Virus record (IMG/VR): IMGVR_UViG_3300048009_000562
Coordinates: 1 to 56,709 of that record
DNA length: 56,709 bases
Reading direction: 5' to 3' (one strand)
From: a virus
Taxonomy: Duplodnaviria; Caudoviricetes
Shown: positions 55,856 to 56,709 of the stretch, piece by piece
How the letters are laid out: each line of letters begins with the position of its first letter
How positions within the stretch are numbered: the stretch's first letter is position 1
Made by a program: the position numbers and the translations under genes
The notes under the pieces: generated by a model
What the model saw: the letters and a program-made list of their open reading frames with translations, nothing else
The model's database searches: none
What the model was told of the DNA's origin: nothing

Positions 55856-56709
55856 TATACATCATCCGGTTTTGGTCTTAAGGCTTTACTTAGTGCCTGT
55901 CGTTCTGTTACAGTTTCGTCACCAATAACATCAGTGTTTGTGTTGTTAATGAATGTACCAATTTGATTCAATCTTTGATCGGTATTTGTCATTGTCATTC
56001 TAATATTATCTTGTACTTTAAGCCATCTGCTACCATCAAACTTAAATAACCTATTAGGTAAAAAGTCTGTACGCAAGAAGTAATCGCCTGCTTCATTAAT
56101 AACAGGAAAACTAGTGCCACTACCAAATGCTGCGCCGTTGGGTGGTTGTCCATCTTCTACTAAGTAACCAGCATAACCTGATCTGCTAGGCGAACTAGCA
56201 GTTGGATCTTCTACAGTGTTAACTCTAGTTTTACCTGAATCATCTGTATCTAATGTATAGTAATGTCCAGTGTCATAACCTGACTTAGGAGCATCAGCTT
56301 CTGCCTCAGCAAGCACAGCATCATTAATTGCTTTTTCTTTATCGTATGTGCTTAGTAAATCCCTTAAGGTGTTCTCAGTATACTCTGACCAATTAAAAAC
56401 GTCTGTAGGTGTGTTTCCTTGCGTCTGTGCTGTGGCTTGATATAGTTTGCCTTTATACTTTACAACTTGTCCAATTTCATAAGTTGTTGTAGTACTATAA
56501 TCGCCTATAAAGATATCTTCATCTTCCGGAGTTTCTAGTATATCTGCAAACTCTTGACTGTCAACAATTTGTTTTAATTTAATTCTATATAAGTGCGGAT
56601 ACCACGTTGGACTAAATCCTTCTGCAGCTCTGTTTACATCTTCTACAACATAATATCTTTTAAGACTAGTAGCAAAATCATTTTCTGCATACTCATCTTT
56701 TAAGTGTGG
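55855..56709 (-). CDS. gp14: Neck protein, T4 gp14-like (partial; the frame is open to the window end, beyond the 153-aa track call)
   Basis: In-frame from 56709: PHLKDEYA...KRYYVVEDVNRAAEGFSPTWYPHLYRIKL...DSQEFADI. It lies directly upstream of the gp15-like gene. Confidence 0.7.
   Translation of the reverse strand, partial: PHLKDEYAENDFATSLKRYYVVEDVNRAAEGFSPTWYPHLYRIKLKQIVDSQEFADILETPEDEDIFIGDYSTTTTYEIGQVVKYKGKLYQATAQTQGNTPTDVFNWSEYTENTLRDLLSTYDKEKAINDAVLAEAEADAPKSGYDTGHYYTLDTDDSGKTRVNTVEDPTASSPSRSGYAGYLVEDGQPPNGAAFGSGTSFPVINEAGDYFLRTDFLPNRLFKFDGSRWLKVQDNIRMTMTNTDQRLNQIGTFINNTNTDVIGDETVTERQALSKALRPKPDDV

Noticed and set aside
55855-56316. 153-aa ORF as a complete gene
   Set aside because: The frame is open to position 56709 with neck-protein-like sequence, so the track call is an internal start.
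1-56709. Stop-codon reassignment, tRNA or rRNA genes
   Set aside because: Standard-code ORFs tile the window densely with TAA, TAG and TGA all used as stops. No cloverleaf or rRNA-like sequence was seen in the short intergenic gaps.

Overview
This is the virion-structural region of a large, AT-rich T4-like myovirus; the host cannot be identified from this window. On the + strand it runs from the portal C-terminus through a Maf/DUF115-like glycosyltransferase, an acidic prohead-core protein, prohead protease, scaffold and major capsid. A stand-alone 20-aa 'YRGV' micro-peptide transcript follows. Next come about 33 kb of fibre/appendage genes: two pairs of ~2000-aa paralogues, small adaptor paralogues, an S74-chaperone fibre and three tip proteins sharing an N-terminus. 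After these sit a modification-enzyme cassette (U32 Fe-S/methyltransferase fusion, flavin halogenase, 2OG-Fe(II) oxygenase, two CPG-motif paralogues) and a second appendage block (cupredoxin-like domains, FG-GAP propeller, S8 protease). Convergent - strand genes encode a cupin, a Nudix hydrolase, a gp15-like tail-completion protein and a partial gp14-like neck protein. Late-promoter-like (T/G)ATAAATA boxes precede most units. The most notable signals are four phycobiliprotein-like C-x-(R/K)-D helical repeats and three type-1-copper-like sites in fibre proteins, register-matched paralogue pairs, three structured leader RNAs, and the enzyme cassette embedded among fibre genes. All family calls come from motif recognition by eye; no searches were run.
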